DNA from: an uncultured Agromyces sp.
GTDB lineage: Bacteria; Actinomycetota; Actinomycetes; Actinomycetales; Microbacteriaceae
NCBI GenBank assembly: GCA_913053875.1
Contig: CAJXGN010000011.1
Location: 23,190 to 87,189 of the forward strand
Reading direction: 5' to 3'
Length of the DNA stretch: 64,000 bases
Part shown: positions 47,570 to 58,627 of the stretch, piece by piece
Numbering within the stretch: the first letter of the stretch is position 1
Layout: every line of letters starts with the position of its first letter
The notes under the pieces: generated by a model
Databases searched by the model: none
What the model was told of the DNA's origin: nothing
What the model saw: the letters and a program-made list of their open reading frames with translations, nothing else
Program-made: the position numbers and the translations under genes

Positions 47570-47712
47570 GGCGTCCTCCGTGTCGGGTGCCGAATCATCC
47601 GCTCGTGCGTCCGAGGGTAGGGGAGCGTCGGGTCCGGTGGGCGGCCTGTGCACAGCCGGGCCACCCCCAATGCGGGTGACGGATGCCCCGGGGCGGGCGA
47701 TACACTGGAGCC

Positions 47713-47920
47713 AACGACGTCGATCCGGCCATCACCGGGGAGTCTCCGGAAGAACGCGGGCTGGTGCGGAGCATCCGCCCGTCACTAGAACCGGACGGGG
47801 CTGGCCCGTCACAGCCAAGGAACGAGTGGCACCGGGCGACCGGGGCAATCGAGGTGGTACCGCGACGGCGTCCGAGGGGCGACCGACGTCCTCGGGCCGA
47901 ACGCACGTCCTCCCAGGAGA
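47713..47920 (+). ncRNA. ileS translational T-box riboswitch (Ile specifier AUC)
   Basis: TACACT -10 at 47701; short Stem I GATCCGGCC-ATC-ACCGGGGAG with AUC at 47731; T-box GAGGTGGTACCGCG at 47851-47864; downstream sequestrator and AGGAGA RBS. Confidence 0.9.
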
Positions 47921-47924
47921 CCCG

Positions 47925-50900
47925 TTGTATCCCCGCACTCCGAACGACCGCGGCGAGGTCCAAGCCTCCCCGAACTTCCCGGAACTCGAGCAGCAGGTGC
48001 TCGCGTTCTGGTCGAGCGACGACACGTTCCAGGCCTCGATCGACCAGCGCGAGGGCGCCGAGGAGTGGGTCTTCTACGACGGCCCGCCCTTCGCGAACGG
48101 CCTGCCGCACTACGGCCACCTGCTGACCGGCTACGCCAAGGACGTCTTCCCGCGCTTCCAGACGATGCGCGGCCGCCAGGTGCACCGCCGGTTCGGCTGG
48201 GACACACACGGCCTGCCCGCCGAGCTCGAGGCGGAGCGCCAGCTCGGCATCACCGACAAGAGCCAGATCGAGGAGATGGGCATCGCGGCGTTCAACGCCG
48301 CCGCCCGCGAGTCGGTGCTGCGCTACACCCGTGAGTGGCAGGAGTACGTCACCCGCCAGGCGCGCTGGGTCGACTTCGAGCACGACTACAAGACCCTCGA
48401 CGTGACCTTCATGGAGTCGGTCGTGTGGGCGTTCAAGCAGCTGCACGAGCAGGGCCTCGCCTACGAGGGCTACCGCGTGCTGCCGTACTGCTGGCGCGAC
48501 GAGACGCCGCTGTCGAACCACGAGCTGCGCATGGACGACGACGTCTACAAGATGCGCCAGGACCAGACGGTGACGGTCACGTTCCCGCTCACCGGGGCGA
48601 GGGCCGAGGCGCTCGGGCTCACCGCGGTGCGCGCGCTGGCCTGGACGACCACGCCGTGGACGCTGCCCACGAACCTCGCGCTGGCCGTCGGCCCCGAGAT
48701 CGAGTACGCCGTCGTGCCCGCGGGCCCGGCGGGCACGCCCGACGCCACCGTGCTGCGCGAGCGGGCGGGGGAGAGCGACACCGAGGTGCTGGGCGGCGAA
48801 TACCTGCTCGCGCGCGACCTCGTCGGCAACTACGCCAAGGACCTCGGCTACGAGTCGGCAGAGGACGCGGTCGCCGCGATCTCGCGCACGGTGCGCGGCG
48901 CCGACCTCGACGGCGTCACCTACGACCGCCTGTTCGACTACTACGCCGACGTCGAGGCGTACGGCCTCCAGAACGCCTGGCGCATCCTCGTCGCCGACTA
49001 CGTCACGACCTCCGACGGCACGGGCATCGTGCACCAGGCGCCCGCCTACGGTGAGGACGACCAGCAGGTCTGCGAGGCCGCGGGCATCCCCGTGGTCATC
49101 TCGCTCGACGAGGGCGGTCGCTTCCTGCCCGCGGTCACGGATGTCACGGGGCAGCTGTGGTCCGACGCGAACAAGCCGCTCACGCAGCTGCTGAAGGCCG
49201 AGGGGCGCCTGCTCCGCCAGGCGAGCTACGAGCACTCGTACCCGCACTGCTGGCGCTGCCGCAACCCGCTCATCTACCGCGCCGTCTCGAGCTGGTTCGT
49301 GCGCGTGCCCGAGTTCCGCGACCGCATGGTCGAGCTGAACCAGGGCATCGGCTGGGTGCCCGAGAACGTCAAGGACGGCCAGTTCGGCAAGTGGCTCGAG
49401 GGCTCGCGCGACTGGTCGATCAGCCGCAATCGGTACTGGGGCTCGCCCATCCCGGTATGGAAGAGCGACGACCCCGCGTACCCGCGCGTCGACGTGTACG
49501 GCTCGCTCGAGGAGCTCGAGCGCGACTTCGGCCGACTGCCGCTGAACGCCGACGGCGAGCCCGACCTGCACCGCCCGTACATCGACGAGCTGACGCGCCC
49601 GAATCCCGACGACCCGACGGGGACGTCGACCATGCGCCGCATCCCCGACGTGTTCGACGTGTGGTTCGACTCGGGTTCGATGCCGTTCGCGCAGGTGCAC
49701 TACCCGTTCGAGAACCGGGAGTGGTTCGACACCCACCACCCGGCCGACTTCATCGTCGAGTACATCGGGCAGACCCGCGGCTGGTTCTACGTCATGCATG
49801 TGCTGTCGACCGCGCTGTTCGACCGCTCCGCGTACCGCAACGTGGTCAGCCACGGCATCGTGCTCGGCAGCGACGGGCAGAAGATGTCGAAGTCGCTGCG
49901 CAACTACCCCGACGTGAACGAGGTCTTCGACCGTGACGGCTCCGACGCGATGCGCTGGTTCCTCATGGCGAGCCCGGTGCTGCGCGGCGGCAACCTCATC
50001 GTCACCGAGGAGGGCATCCGCGAGGGCGTGCGCCAGTTCATGCTGCCGCTGTGGAGCACGTGGTACTTCTTCTCGCTCTACGCCAACGCCTCCGGGTACG
50101 AGGCGGAGCGCTCCACCTCCTCGCAGGACGTGCTCGACCGGTACCTGCTCGCGAAGCTGCACGACCTCGTCGCGGGCGTGACCGACGACCTCGAGCGCTT
50201 CGACGCGACGATGGCGTCGGCCAAGCTGCGCGACTTCGCCGACGTGCTGACCAACTGGTACGTGCGCCGCTCGCGTGACCGGTTCTGGGAGGGCGTCGCC
50301 GACGACGGCACGGGCCGGGAGGCGTTCGACACGCTGTGGACCGTGCTCGAGGCGCTCTGCCGGCTCGCCGCACCGCTCGTGCCGCTCGTCGGCGAGACCG
50401 TCTGGCGCGGGCTCACGGGCGGGCGCAGCGTGCACCTGGCCGACTGGCCGACCGCCGACGAGTTCCCCGCCGACCCCGAGCTCGTCGCGACCATGGACGC
50501 GGTGCGCCAGATCAGCTCGACCGCGCTCGCGCTGCGCAAGCAGGCTGGGCGGCGCGTGCGCCTGCCGCTCGCGTCGCTCACGGTGGTGACGGCGGATGCC
50601 TCGGGCCTCGCGCCCTACGCGGGCATCCTGCGCGACGAGCTCAACGTGAAGCAGGTCGAGTTCGTGACCCTCGACGAGGGCAGCGCGGACGCGTACGGCA
50701 TCTCGCGTCGCCTCTCCGTCAACGCCCGCGCGGCCGGTCCGCGCCTCGGCAAGCAGGTGCAGGCCGCCATCCGCGCGGCGCGCGAGGGCGACTGGACCGA
50801 GCAGGACGGTGTGGTCGTCGCGGGCGGCATCGAGCTGGTCGAGGGCGAGTACGAGCTCGCGCTCGTCTCGGGCGACGCCGACACCGAGTCGCGTGCGATC

Positions 50901-51215
50901 GGGCTGCTGCCGGGCGACGGCTTCGTGCTGCTCGAGACGGCGACGACGCCCGAGCTCGAGGCCGAAGGCCTCGCCCGCGACGCGGTGCGCGCGGTGCAGG
51001 ACGCCCGCAAGGCCGCCGGGCTCGAGGTCAGCGACCGCATCCGCCTGCGCCTGGTCACCGAGGCCCACGCCGCACCGGCGTTCGAGGCGCACCGCGTGCT
51101 CATCGCCGACGAGACGCTCGCCGTCGCGTTCGACGTGGCCGTCGACGGCCTCGGCGACGAGGCGACCACGCTGGCCGGCGGCGCCAAGCTCGCCGTGGAG
51201 GTGACCCGGGCATGA
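47925..51215 (+). CDS. ileS: Isoleucine--tRNA ligase (IleRS2 type)
   Basis: [50 protein letters not shown] start after the RBS. Confidence 0.97.
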   Translation: MYPRTPNDRGEVQASPNFPELEQQVLAFWSSDDTFQASIDQREGAEEWVFYDGPPFANGLPHYGHLLTGYAKDVFPRFQTMRGRQVHRRFGWDTHGLPAELEAERQLGITDKSQIEEMGIAAFNAAARESVLRYTREWQEYVTRQARWVDFEHDYKTLDVTFMESVVWAFKQLHEQGLAYEGYRVLPYCWRDETPLSNHELRMDDDVYKMRQDQTVTVTFPLTGARAEALGLTAVRALAWTTTPWTLPTNLALAVGPEIEYAVVPAGPAGTPDATVLRERAGESDTEVLGGEYLLARDLVGNYAKDLGYESAEDAVAAISRTVRGADLDGVTYDRLFDYYADVEAYGLQNAWRILVADYVTTSDGTGIVHQAPAYGEDDQQVCEAAGIPVVISLDEGGRFLPAVTDVTGQLWSDANKPLTQLLKAEGRLLRQASYEHSYPHCWRCRNPLIYRAVSSWFVRVPEFRDRMVELNQGIGWVPENVKDGQFGKWLEGSRDWSISRNRYWGSPIPVWKSDDPAYPRVDVYGSLEELERDFGRLPLNADGEPDLHRPYIDELTRPNPDDPTGTSTMRRIPDVFDVWFDSGSMPFAQVHYPFENREWFDTHHPADFIVEYIGQTRGWFYVMHVLSTALFDRSAYRNVVSHGIVLGSDGQKMSKSLRNYPDVNEVFDRDGSDAMRWFLMASPVLRGGNLIVTEEGIREGVRQFMLPLWSTWYFFSLYANASGYEAERSTSSQDVLDRYLLAKLHDLVAGVTDDLERFDATMASAKLRDFADVLTNWYVRRSRDRFWEGVADDGTGREAFDTLWTVLEALCRLAAPLVPLVGETVWRGLTGGRSVHLADWPTADEFPADPELVATMDAVRQISSTALALRKQAGRRVRLPLASLTVVTADASGLAPYAGILRDELNVKQVEFVTLDEGSADAYGISRRLSVNARAAGPRLGKQVQAAIRAAREGDWTEQDGVVVAGGIELVEGEYELALVSGDADTESRAIGLLPGDGFVLLETATTPELEAEGLARDAVRAVQDARKAAGLEVSDRIRLRLVTEAHAAPAFEAHRVLIADETLAVAFDVAVDGLGDEATTLAGGAKLAVEVTRA

Positions 51216-52564
51216 CCGACGAGTTCCGCGACGCGGCCGACGGGGTGTTCTCCGCCCTGCTCGACCGCATCGGCGAGCAGGCGCCGCAGCCTCGGCTCGG
51301 GCCGTCCCGCCGTCTGATGGACCTGCTCGGCGACCCGCAACGGGCCTACCCGGTCATCCACGTGACCGGCACGAACGGCAAGACCAGCACGAGCCGGCTC
51401 ATCGAGGGCCTGCTGCGCGCGCACGGCCTGCGCACGGGCCTGCTGACGAGCCCGCACATCGAACGGTTCACCGAGCGCATCCTCGTCGACGGCGAGCCGA
51501 TCACCGACGAGGCGGTGGCTCGCAACTGGGACGACATCACGCCGTACGTCGAGATGGTCGACGCCGAGCTCGAGCAGGCCGGCGACGTGCCCCTCACGTA
51601 CTTCGAGGCGCTCTCGGCGCTCGCGTTCGCCGCGTTCGCGGACGCCCCCGTCGACGTGGCCGTGGTCGAGGTCGGCATGGGCGGCGAATGGGACTCCACC
51701 AACGTCGCCGACGGGCAGGTCGCCGTGTTCACGCCGATCGACCTCGACCACATGTCGCGCCTCGGCTCGACGGTCACGCAGATCGCGCGCACCAAGTCGG
51801 GCATCATCAAGCCCGCGGCATCCGTCGTCTCGGCCCGCCAGTCGCCCGAGGCGACCGACGTGCTCGCCACAGCGAGCCGGCTCAGCGAGGCGTCGCTGGC
51901 CATCGAGGGGGATGCCTTCGAGACCACCGCCGCGACCGTCGCGGTCGGCGGGCAGCTGCTGTCGATCCGCGGCATCGCGGGGGAGTACGCCGAGGTGTTC
52001 CTGCCCCTGCTCGGCGCGCACCAGGCGCAGAACGCGGCCGTCGCGGTCGCCGCGGTCGAGTCGTTCCTCGGCTCGGGCGAGCACGCGCTCTCGCGCGAGG
52101 TCGTCGAGGAGGCGTTCGCGACCACCACCTCGCCCGGGCGGATGCAGCTCGTCGGCGTCGAGCCGACGGTGCTCGTGGACGCGGCGCACAACCCGCACGG
52201 CGCGCACGCGCTCGTCGAGGCCGTGCGGCAGGTGTTCGATTTCGACGAGATCGCCGTGGTCGTGGGCGTGCTCGGCGACAAGGATGCCGCGGGCATCCTG
52301 CGCGAGCTCGATGCCATCGCCGACGTGATGCTCGTGACCGCGTCCGAGTCCGATCGTGCGATCCCAGCCGAGGTGCTGGCGCAGCAGGCGGCGGCCACGG
52401 TGGGCCCGGAGCGCATCAGCTCGTACGACCGGGCGGAGGATGCGTTCGAGGCCGCGCACGACTGGGCGGCCGAGGCGCCGCGCCGTGCCGTGGTGGTCAC
52501 CGGCTCGATCACGCTCGTCGCCGAGGCCATGGCGTTCGCCGAGGACCGGGAGTGGAAGCCGTGA
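51212..52564 (+). CDS. folC: Folylpolyglutamate/dihydrofolate synthase
   Basis: [41 protein letters not shown]. Confidence 0.95.
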   Translation: MTDEFRDAADGVFSALLDRIGEQAPQPRLGPSRRLMDLLGDPQRAYPVIHVTGTNGKTSTSRLIEGLLRAHGLRTGLLTSPHIERFTERILVDGEPITDEAVARNWDDITPYVEMVDAELEQAGDVPLTYFEALSALAFAAFADAPVDVAVVEVGMGGEWDSTNVADGQVAVFTPIDLDHMSRLGSTVTQIARTKSGIIKPAASVVSARQSPEATDVLATASRLSEASLAIEGDAFETTAATVAVGGQLLSIRGIAGEYAEVFLPLLGAHQAQNAAVAVAAVESFLGSGEHALSREVVEEAFATTTSPGRMQLVGVEPTVLVDAAHNPHGAHALVEAVRQVFDFDEIAVVVGVLGDKDAAGILRELDAIADVMLVTASESDRAIPAEVLAQQAAATVGPERISSYDRAEDAFEAAHDWAAEAPRRAVVVTGSITLVAEAMAFAEDREWKP

Positions 52565-52971
52565 CCGCGGCGGATCCCGGGCTGCCCGAACAGCCCGATG
52601 GCCCCGCGCCCGAACCGCGCTCCGTGCGGCGCAGCCTCGCGAGCATCGTGCTCGGCTTCGAGCTGTTCATCGTGCTGCTCGCGTCGCTCACGATCTTCGG
52701 GCTGTCGCCCGCGCCGTTCGGCGACGACGGCATCCCGCGGTGGTGGGCCCTCGTGGGCGGCGGGGTGCTGCTCGTCGGGCTGCTCGCGATCATGGCGCTG
52801 CTGCGCTACGAGGGCGCGTACGTCGCCGGCTGGGTCCTGCAGGGGATCCTCCTGGCGACGGGCTTCCTCAACCCCGCGATGTTCTTCGTGGGAGCCCTGT
52901 TCGGCGGCATGTGGTGGTACGCCATGGTCGCCGGGGCACGAATCGACCGCCAACGGAAGGAATCCGCATGA
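52561..52971 (+). CDS. DUF4233 membrane protein
   Basis: Four TM segments, GWVLQG motif, position between folC and ndk. Confidence 0.75.
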   Translation: MTAADPGLPEQPDGPAPEPRSVRRSLASIVLGFELFIVLLASLTIFGLSPAPFGDDGIPRWWALVGGGVLLVGLLAIMALLRYEGAYVAGWVLQGILLATGFLNPAMFFVGALFGGMWWYAMVAGARIDRQRKESA

Positions 52972-53390
52972 CCACGCCCATCGAAGAGACCCTCGTCCTC
53001 GTCAAGCCCGACGGCGTCGCCCGCAACCTGACCGGCGAGATCCTCCGTCGCATCGAGGCGAAGGGGTACTCGCTGGTCGACGTGCGCCTGCTGCAGGCCG
53101 ACCGCGAGCTGCTCGCCGCCCACTACGCCGAGCACGAGGGCAAGCCGTTCTACGAGCCGCTCGTCGAGTTCATGCAGTCGGGCCCGACCGTCGCCATGCG
53201 CGTCGCCGGCAACCGCGTGATCGAGGGCTTCCGCTCGCTCGCGGGCACCACCGACCCGACCACGGCCGCGCCCGGCACCATCCGCGGCGACCTCGCACGC
53301 GACTGGGGCCTCCCCGTGCAGCAGAACCTCGTGCACGGCTCCGACTCGCCCGAGTCGGCCGAGCGCGAGCTCGCGCTCTGGTTCGACTAG
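52968..53390 (+). CDS. ndk: Nucleoside-diphosphate kinase
   Basis: LVKPDGV, HYAEHEGKPFY, PGTIRGD, NLVHGSDS. Confidence 0.97.
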   Translation: MTTPIEETLVLVKPDGVARNLTGEILRRIEAKGYSLVDVRLLQADRELLAAHYAEHEGKPFYEPLVEFMQSGPTVAMRVAGNRVIEGFRSLAGTTDPTTAAPGTIRGDLARDWGLPVQQNLVHGSDSPESAERELALWFD

Positions 53391-53950
53391 CGCACGGCGT
53401 AGCGCAGCAGCGCGAACCCGCGGTCGAACCGGCGCTGCTCGACCAGCTCGAGGTCGAGCCGGATGCCCGCCGGGAACACGGGCGTGCCGCCGCCGACGAG
53501 CGTGGGGGCGACGTACCGGTGCACCTCGTCGACCAGTCCGTCGCGCAGCGCGTGGGTGGCCAGCGTCGGCCCCTCGATGGTGACGGCGCCGTCCGTGGCG
53601 TCGACGACGTCGCGGACGGCGTCGGCGCTGTACCGCGCCTCGATGCGGGTGCGGGCCGTCACCGGTGTCGCGAGCGTCGCCGAGAAGACGACCTTCTCGG
53701 CGACGCGCCAGCCCCGTGAGAACCGTGCCGTCTCGGGCGACAGCCCGGGGCCGGCGAAGTCGGGGTCGGTCTCCCAGACGTGCATGACCTCGTACATGCG
53801 CCGGCCGTAGAGGTACGTGTCGACGCCCTCGAGCACGTCGTTGATGCTGCCGATCACGTCCTCGGGCGGCTCCGCCCAGTCGAATGCGCCCCGTGCGTCG
53901 TTCACGTAGCCGTCGAGCGAGCCGATGGTCGAGTAGACGAGCGTTCCCAT
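53387..53950 (-). CDS. Dihydrofolate reductase family (RibD C-terminal-like) protein
   Basis: SLDGYV, YLYGRRMYE, KVVFSATL, LVDEVHRYVAPTLVGGG. Confidence 0.87.
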   Translation of the reverse strand: MGTLVYSTIGSLDGYVNDARGAFDWAEPPEDVIGSINDVLEGVDTYLYGRRMYEVMHVWETDPDFAGPGLSPETARFSRGWRVAEKVVFSATLATPVTARTRIEARYSADAVRDVVDATDGAVTIEGPTLATHALRDGLVDEVHRYVAPTLVGGGTPVFPAGIRLDLELVEQRRFDRGFALLRYAVR

Positions 53951-54035
53951 GGCGGCAGGATGCCACCGGCCGCCCACGTTCTCCAGTGGCATCCGCTCGC
54001 CTTCGCCCACCTGGCCGGGCGCGGCGTGCGAGTGC

Positions 54036-54677
54036 TCAGGCGAACAGGTCGAACCAGATGCGGGGGATCGCGTCCATGCGCAGCTGCGCCAGGAGCACCA
54101 CCACGAGGTAGCAGACGACGGTGATGAACGGGATCCAGCCAGCGAGCGCGGCACCGACGCGGCGAACGGATGCTCCGCCGCCGAACACCCCCTCGGCGAC
54201 GTTGCGCAGGGTCACCGTCCAGAACGTGGGGATCGTGACCGCCCAGGTGAGCATGCACCACGGGCAGAGCACGTCGAGCACGTAGATGCTCTGGAAGATG
54301 AGCCAGCACACGAAGCCGAGCGCTGCGGTGACGCCGACGTTGAAGCCGATCCAGAACCAACGGGAGAACCGGGCGCCCGACAGCAGCGCCATGCCGACGG
54401 TGATGACGACGGGCCAGCAGACCAGGCCGATGATCGGGTTCGGGAAGCCGAGCACGGCGCCCTGCTCCGACGCGAGGTTCGTGGAGCAGCCCACGAGCAC
54501 GCTGAAGTCGCACGACACGGAGTGCGTCGGATCCTCGAGTACCGCGATCTTCTCGACCATGAGCTCGAACGCCGCGATCAGGCCCGTGACGCCCGCGATC
54601 ACGAGGAAGACGGCGAGTGCGATCGGCCGGGGCGGCGCCTCGGTCTCGGTGCGGTCGGTGTCTGCGGTCGCGGTCAC
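54036..54677 (-). CDS. Vitamin K epoxide reductase (VKOR) family disulfide-bond protein
   Basis: CDFSVLVGC loop cysteines, GFPNPIIG, CPWC active site; CATAAT 6 nt before GTG. Confidence 0.92.
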   Translation of the reverse strand: MTATADTDRTETEAPPRPIALAVFLVIAGVTGLIAAFELMVEKIAVLEDPTHSVSCDFSVLVGCSTNLASEQGAVLGFPNPIIGLVCWPVVITVGMALLSGARFSRWFWIGFNVGVTAALGFVCWLIFQSIYVLDVLCPWCMLTWAVTIPTFWTVTLRNVAEGVFGGGASVRRVGAALAGWIPFITVVCYLVVVLLAQLRMDAIPRIWFDLFA

Positions 54678-54945
54678 CGGGCGATTATGTCACGCGTCGG
54701 TCAGCGCAGGCGCCCGCGTCCATGCGATAATCGAGCCAGCCGTCCGGACCGCGTCCGGTGGCGCTGACGAAGGTTTGCGGGTGCAGGGGCATCCGGATGA
54801 CGGTCGGACGACCGGAAGATGTGGCAGCCAGGACACCGGTCCGGCTGCGAAGCGAAGGATTCGCGGAGACCCATGAGGGGTCGCCGCTCGAGAGAGTACC
54901 GGGAGGGTGACGCGGTCACCCACCCGGTGTAGGAGTGCACCAGCG

Positions 54946-57477
54946 ATGGTGGAAGGTACGAACGAGCAGACCAACGAGACGAACCAGCCGCAGGAGCGAC
55001 GGGCCCGACTGTTCGGCGGGCGACGCCGCGCCGAGGAGCAGGTGGTCGAGCAGGCGCCCGAGACGGTGACGGATGCCGCGGGCGAGACCGAGGCCGAGAC
55101 GACGGCGCCGCAGGAGGCGGAGGTCGCTGCGGACTCGGAGACCGCCGCCGACGAGTCGGGCTCGGCCGAGGCGTCCGCCCCGGCGGAGGAGACGCCGGCT
55201 GCGGAGCAGCCCGACGAGGCGGAGACGCCGAACGCGGAGGCGCCAGCGCCCGCCGAGGACGCGAGCCCCGAGGCATCCGCCGCCGAATCGGACACGGCCG
55301 CCGAGGACGCCGCCGGCTCCGAGGAGACCGACGCGCCCGCGCCGAGCCCGATCCCGGACTCGCTGACGACGACGTCGCTCATCTTCCACGCGCCCGACGT
55401 GACGCCGCTGCCCGCGCGCCCCGGCCGCCGACAGGAGCAGGACGACGAGGAGCCCCGCCAGGGCTCGTCGAAGCGCCGCCGGGCACGCCGCCGCAGCGGC
55501 GAGGACCGCGCGCCCGGATCGGACGACCCCGAGAACACCGTCGTCAAGGTGCGCAAGCCCCGCGAGCAGGAGCCGATCACCGAACCGCAGAAGGTCAAGG
55601 GATCGACCCGCCTCGAGGCGAAGAAGCAGCGCCGTCGCGACGGTCGCGACGCGGGACGCCGCCGTGCGGTCGTGACCGAGGCCGAGTTCCTCGCCCGGCG
55701 CGAGGCCGTCGACCGCCAGATGGTCGTGCGCGCGAAGTCGGGTCGCATCCAGATCGGCGTGCTCGAGGACGACGTGCTCGTCGAGCACTACGTCGCGCGC
55801 AACCAGGACGCGTCGCTCATCGGCAACGTCTACCTCGGCCGCGTGCAGAACGTGCTGCCGAGCATGGAGGCCGCGTTCGTCGACATCGGCCGCGGCCGCA
55901 ACGCCGTGCTCTACTCGGGCGAAGTCGACTGGGAGGCCGCCGCCGAGAACGGCGAGAAGAACCAGCCGCGCCGCATCGAGCTCGCGCTGAAGCCGGGCGA
56001 CCGCGTGCTCGTGCAGGTCACCAAGGACCCCGTGGGTCACAAGGGTGCGCGCCTCACCAGCCAGGTCTCGCTGCCCGGTCGCTACCTCGTGTACGTGCCG
56101 AACGGCTCGATGAACGGAATCAGCCGCAAGCTCCCCGACACCGAGCGTGCGCGCCTGAAGAAGATCCTGAAGGACGTGCTGCCCGAGAACGTCGGCGTGA
56201 TCGTCCGCACCGCGGCCGAGGGCGCGACCGAGGAGCAGCTCACGCGCGACGTGAACCGCCTCACCGCGCAGTGGGCCGACATCAGCTCGCAGCTCGAGAA
56301 GGCGCAGGCGCCCGCGCTGCTGCACTCGGAGCCCGACCTGCTCATCAAGATCGTGCGCGACGTCTTCAACGAGGACTTCCAGAAGATGATCATCTCGGGT
56401 GAGGACGCCCGGTCGACCATCGAGCGGTACCTGCGCCAAGTCGCACCCGACCTGCTCGAGCGCGTCGAGAAGTACGAGGGCGACCGCGACGCGTTCGACG
56501 AGTACCGCATCACCGAGCAGATCGAGAAGGCCCTCGAGCGCAAGGTCTGGCTGCCCTCGGGCGGCTCGCTCATCGTCGACCGCACCGAGGCGATGACCGT
56601 CATCGACGTCAACACCGGCAAGTTCGTCGGCTCGGGCGGCAACCTCGAGGAGACCGTCACCAAGAACAACCTCGAGGCGGCCGAGGAGATCGTGCGCCAG
56701 CTGCGCCTGCGCGACATCGGCGGCATCATCGTCGTCGATTTCATCGACATGGTGCTCGAGTCCAACCGCGACCTCGTGCTGCGCCGGCTCGTCGAGTGCC
56801 TCTCGCGCGACCGCACCAAGCACCAGGTCGCCGAGGTCACCTCGCTCGGCCTCGTGCAGATGACCCGCAAGAAGCTCGGCCTCGGCCTGCTGGAGTCGTT
56901 CAGCGAGGCGTGCGAGGTCTGCGCCGGCCGCGGCATCATCGTGCACCACGAGCCGATCGCCAAGCACCGCTCGTCGCAGCAGCCCGAGCGTCGTCGCGGA
57001 CGCGGCGGCGGTGGCGGTGGCAACGGCGGCAGCGGCGGCGGCCAGTCGCAGCAGGGCGGCGGCAAGGGCGAGCAGAAGTCGAACGGCCACACGGGCACCC
57101 ACGGCATCACCGAGGACGCGAAGCACGCGCTCGCGCAGATCGCCGCCTCCACGCTCGCGCACGAACGTCACGAGGAGGACGCGGCCGCCGTCGCCGAGGC
57201 GGAGACCCTGCAGGGGGCGCCCGCAGCACCTCCGGCCGAGGAGTCGGCGCCCGAGCGGGTGCAGATCCTCGACATCCCCGTCGAGGGGCAGTCGCGCCCC
57301 AAGCGCCGCCTGCCCGATGCCGACGCCGAGCACCTGCTCGGTTCGGTGCTCGACGCGCTCCCGCAGCCGAAGCAGCCGGGGGAGGGACGCGCCAAGTCGC
57401 GCCGGGTGACCACGGCGGCACTGCAGGGCAACGCGGCGCAGCCGATCGTGACCCGGCGGGACTCGCCGTCGGAGTGA
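54946..57477 (+). CDS. rne: Ribonuclease E/G
   Basis: GNVYLGRVQNVLPSMEAAFVDIG, VIDVNTGK, LRLRDIGGIIVVDFIDM, CEVC zinc link; acidic disordered N-terminus. Confidence 0.96.
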   Translation: MVEGTNEQTNETNQPQERRARLFGGRRRAEEQVVEQAPETVTDAAGETEAETTAPQEAEVAADSETAADESGSAEASAPAEETPAAEQPDEAETPNAEAPAPAEDASPEASAAESDTAAEDAAGSEETDAPAPSPIPDSLTTTSLIFHAPDVTPLPARPGRRQEQDDEEPRQGSSKRRRARRRSGEDRAPGSDDPENTVVKVRKPREQEPITEPQKVKGSTRLEAKKQRRRDGRDAGRRRAVVTEAEFLARREAVDRQMVVRAKSGRIQIGVLEDDVLVEHYVARNQDASLIGNVYLGRVQNVLPSMEAAFVDIGRGRNAVLYSGEVDWEAAAENGEKNQPRRIELALKPGDRVLVQVTKDPVGHKGARLTSQVSLPGRYLVYVPNGSMNGISRKLPDTERARLKKILKDVLPENVGVIVRTAAEGATEEQLTRDVNRLTAQWADISSQLEKAQAPALLHSEPDLLIKIVRDVFNEDFQKMIISGEDARSTIERYLRQVAPDLLERVEKYEGDRDAFDEYRITEQIEKALERKVWLPSGGSLIVDRTEAMTVIDVNTGKFVGSGGNLEETVTKNNLEAAEEIVRQLRLRDIGGIIVVDFIDMVLESNRDLVLRRLVECLSRDRTKHQVAEVTSLGLVQMTRKKLGLGLLESFSEACEVCAGRGIIVHHEPIAKHRSSQQPERRRGRGGGGGGNGGSGGGQSQQGGGKGEQKSNGHTGTHGITEDAKHALAQIAASTLAHERHEEDAAAVAEAETLQGAPAAPPAEESAPERVQILDIPVEGQSRPKRRLPDADAEHLLGSVLDALPQPKQPGEGRAKSRRVTTAALQGNAAQPIVTRRDSPSE

Positions 57478-57486
57478 CGCGGTCGG

Positions 57487-57759
57487 TCAGCGCCCGCGTC
57501 GCGTGCGCTGCGTGACGCGCAGGCCGCTCGCGCGCAGGCGCATGACCAGGTCGCGGTTGGCGACGGGCTCCGCGCCCGCCGCGACCAGGTCGTCGTAGCG
57601 CTCGGCGGGCACGTCGTAGTGGTCGAGGTCGAACGCCCTCGGGGGGATCCCGGCCGCGCGTGCGAACGCGTGCAGCTCGTCGAGGGAGGTGTCGCTGACC
57701 AGGTGCGACCAGACGGTGCCGTGGGCCGGCCACATCGGGCGATCGATCAGCACGGCCAT
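57487..57759 (-). CDS. DUF4031 domain protein
   Basis: LIDRPMWPAHGTVWSHLVSD, ELHAFA, DHYDV; TAGACT 7 nt before ATG. Confidence 0.88.
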   Translation of the reverse strand: MAVLIDRPMWPAHGTVWSHLVSDTSLDELHAFARAAGIPPRAFDLDHYDVPAERYDDLVAAGAEPVANRDLVMRLRASGLRVTQRTRRGR

Positions 57760-57797
57760 GCGGTCGAGTCTACGGGCGACGCGCCGACGGCGTCCGT

Positions 57798-57826
57798 TTG
57801 ACCGCCCGCCTCGCGTCACGTAGAAT
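57798..57826 (+). promoter_or_regulatory. SigA-type promoter of the rplU-rpmA-obgE operon
   Basis: TTGACC-N17-TAGAAT. Confidence 0.75.
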
Positions 57827-57972
57827 CGTCTGTTGGTGCGTCTCCGCTTATCCCGGGTGCGCCCAAGGTTTTCTGGCAGCTACGACCCTCCTTCCCGCTG
57901 GGGTCTTCCGCGCAGTGACATCCTCAACAACACGATGGAGCCGATGAGGCTCCCTGGAGATTGGTACGAGTA

Positions 57973-58281
57973 GTGGTTTACGCAGTAGTGCGCGCCGGCG
58001 GCCGGCAGGAGAAGGTCGAGGTCGGCACCATCGTCACGATGGACCGCGTGACGGCAGACGAGAACGGCAACGTCGTGCTGCCCGCCGTCCTCCTGGTCGA
58101 CGGCAAGACGATCACCTCCGACGCCGAGAAGCTCGCGAAGGTCACGGTCACGGCAGAGGTCCTCGGCGACCTCCGCGGTCCCAAGATCGTCATTCAGAAG
58201 TTCAAGAACAAGACCGGCTACAAGAAGCGCCAGGGCCACCGTCAGGAGCTCACGCGCGTCAAGGTCACCGGCATCAAGTAG
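57973..58281 (+). CDS. rplU: 50S ribosomal protein L21
   Basis: [33 protein letters not shown]. Confidence 0.97.
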   Translation: MVYAVVRAGGRQEKVEVGTIVTMDRVTADENGNVVLPAVLLVDGKTITSDAEKLAKVTVTAEVLGDLRGPKIVIQKFKNKTGYKKRQGHRQELTRVKVTGIK

Positions 58282-58299
58282 AGCCAAGAGGAGACAGCG

Positions 58300-58557
58300 A
58301 TGGCACACAAGAAGGGTGCGAGTTCCACTCGCAACGGTCGTGACTCGAACGCGCAGCGCCTCGGCGTGAAGCGCTTCGGCGGCGAGGTCGTGGGCGCGGG
58401 CGAGATCATCGTCCGCCAGCGCGGCACGCACTTCCACCCCGGCGCCGGCGTCGGCCGCGGCGGGGACGACACGCTGTTCGCCCTCCAGGCGGGCGCGGTG
58501 GAGTTCGGCACGAAGGGCGGCCGCAAGGTCGTCAACATCGTGGCGGCCGCCGAGTAG
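58300..58557 (+). CDS. rpmA: 50S ribosomal protein L27
   Basis: [24 protein letters not shown]. Confidence 0.98.
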   Translation: MAHKKGASSTRNGRDSNAQRLGVKRFGGEVVGAGEIIVRQRGTHFHPGAGVGRGGDDTLFALQAGAVEFGTKGGRKVVNIVAAAE

Positions 58558-58572
58558 TCGGACAGATCACAC

Positions 58573-58600
58573 GTGAGGGCGGGCTTCGGCTCGCCCTCAC
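58573..58600 (+). terminator. UUCG-capped hairpin between rpmA and obgE
   Basis: GTGAGGGCGGGC-TTCG-GCTCGCCCTCAC; possibly a partial terminator. Confidence 0.6.
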
Positions 58601-58627
58601 GCATTTCCACACGGGGGAGGAACCGAG

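Noticed and set aside
47055-47924. N-terminal extension of the ileS ORF (1386 aa in the track)
   Set aside because: It is the antisense of the upstream gene plus the T-box leader. The real start is TTG 47925 after AGGAGA.
57767-57789. CGTCGG-N11-TAGACT before DUF4031 as a PafBC site
   Set aside because: The spacer is 11 rather than 10 and there is one mismatch. Too weak without expression data.
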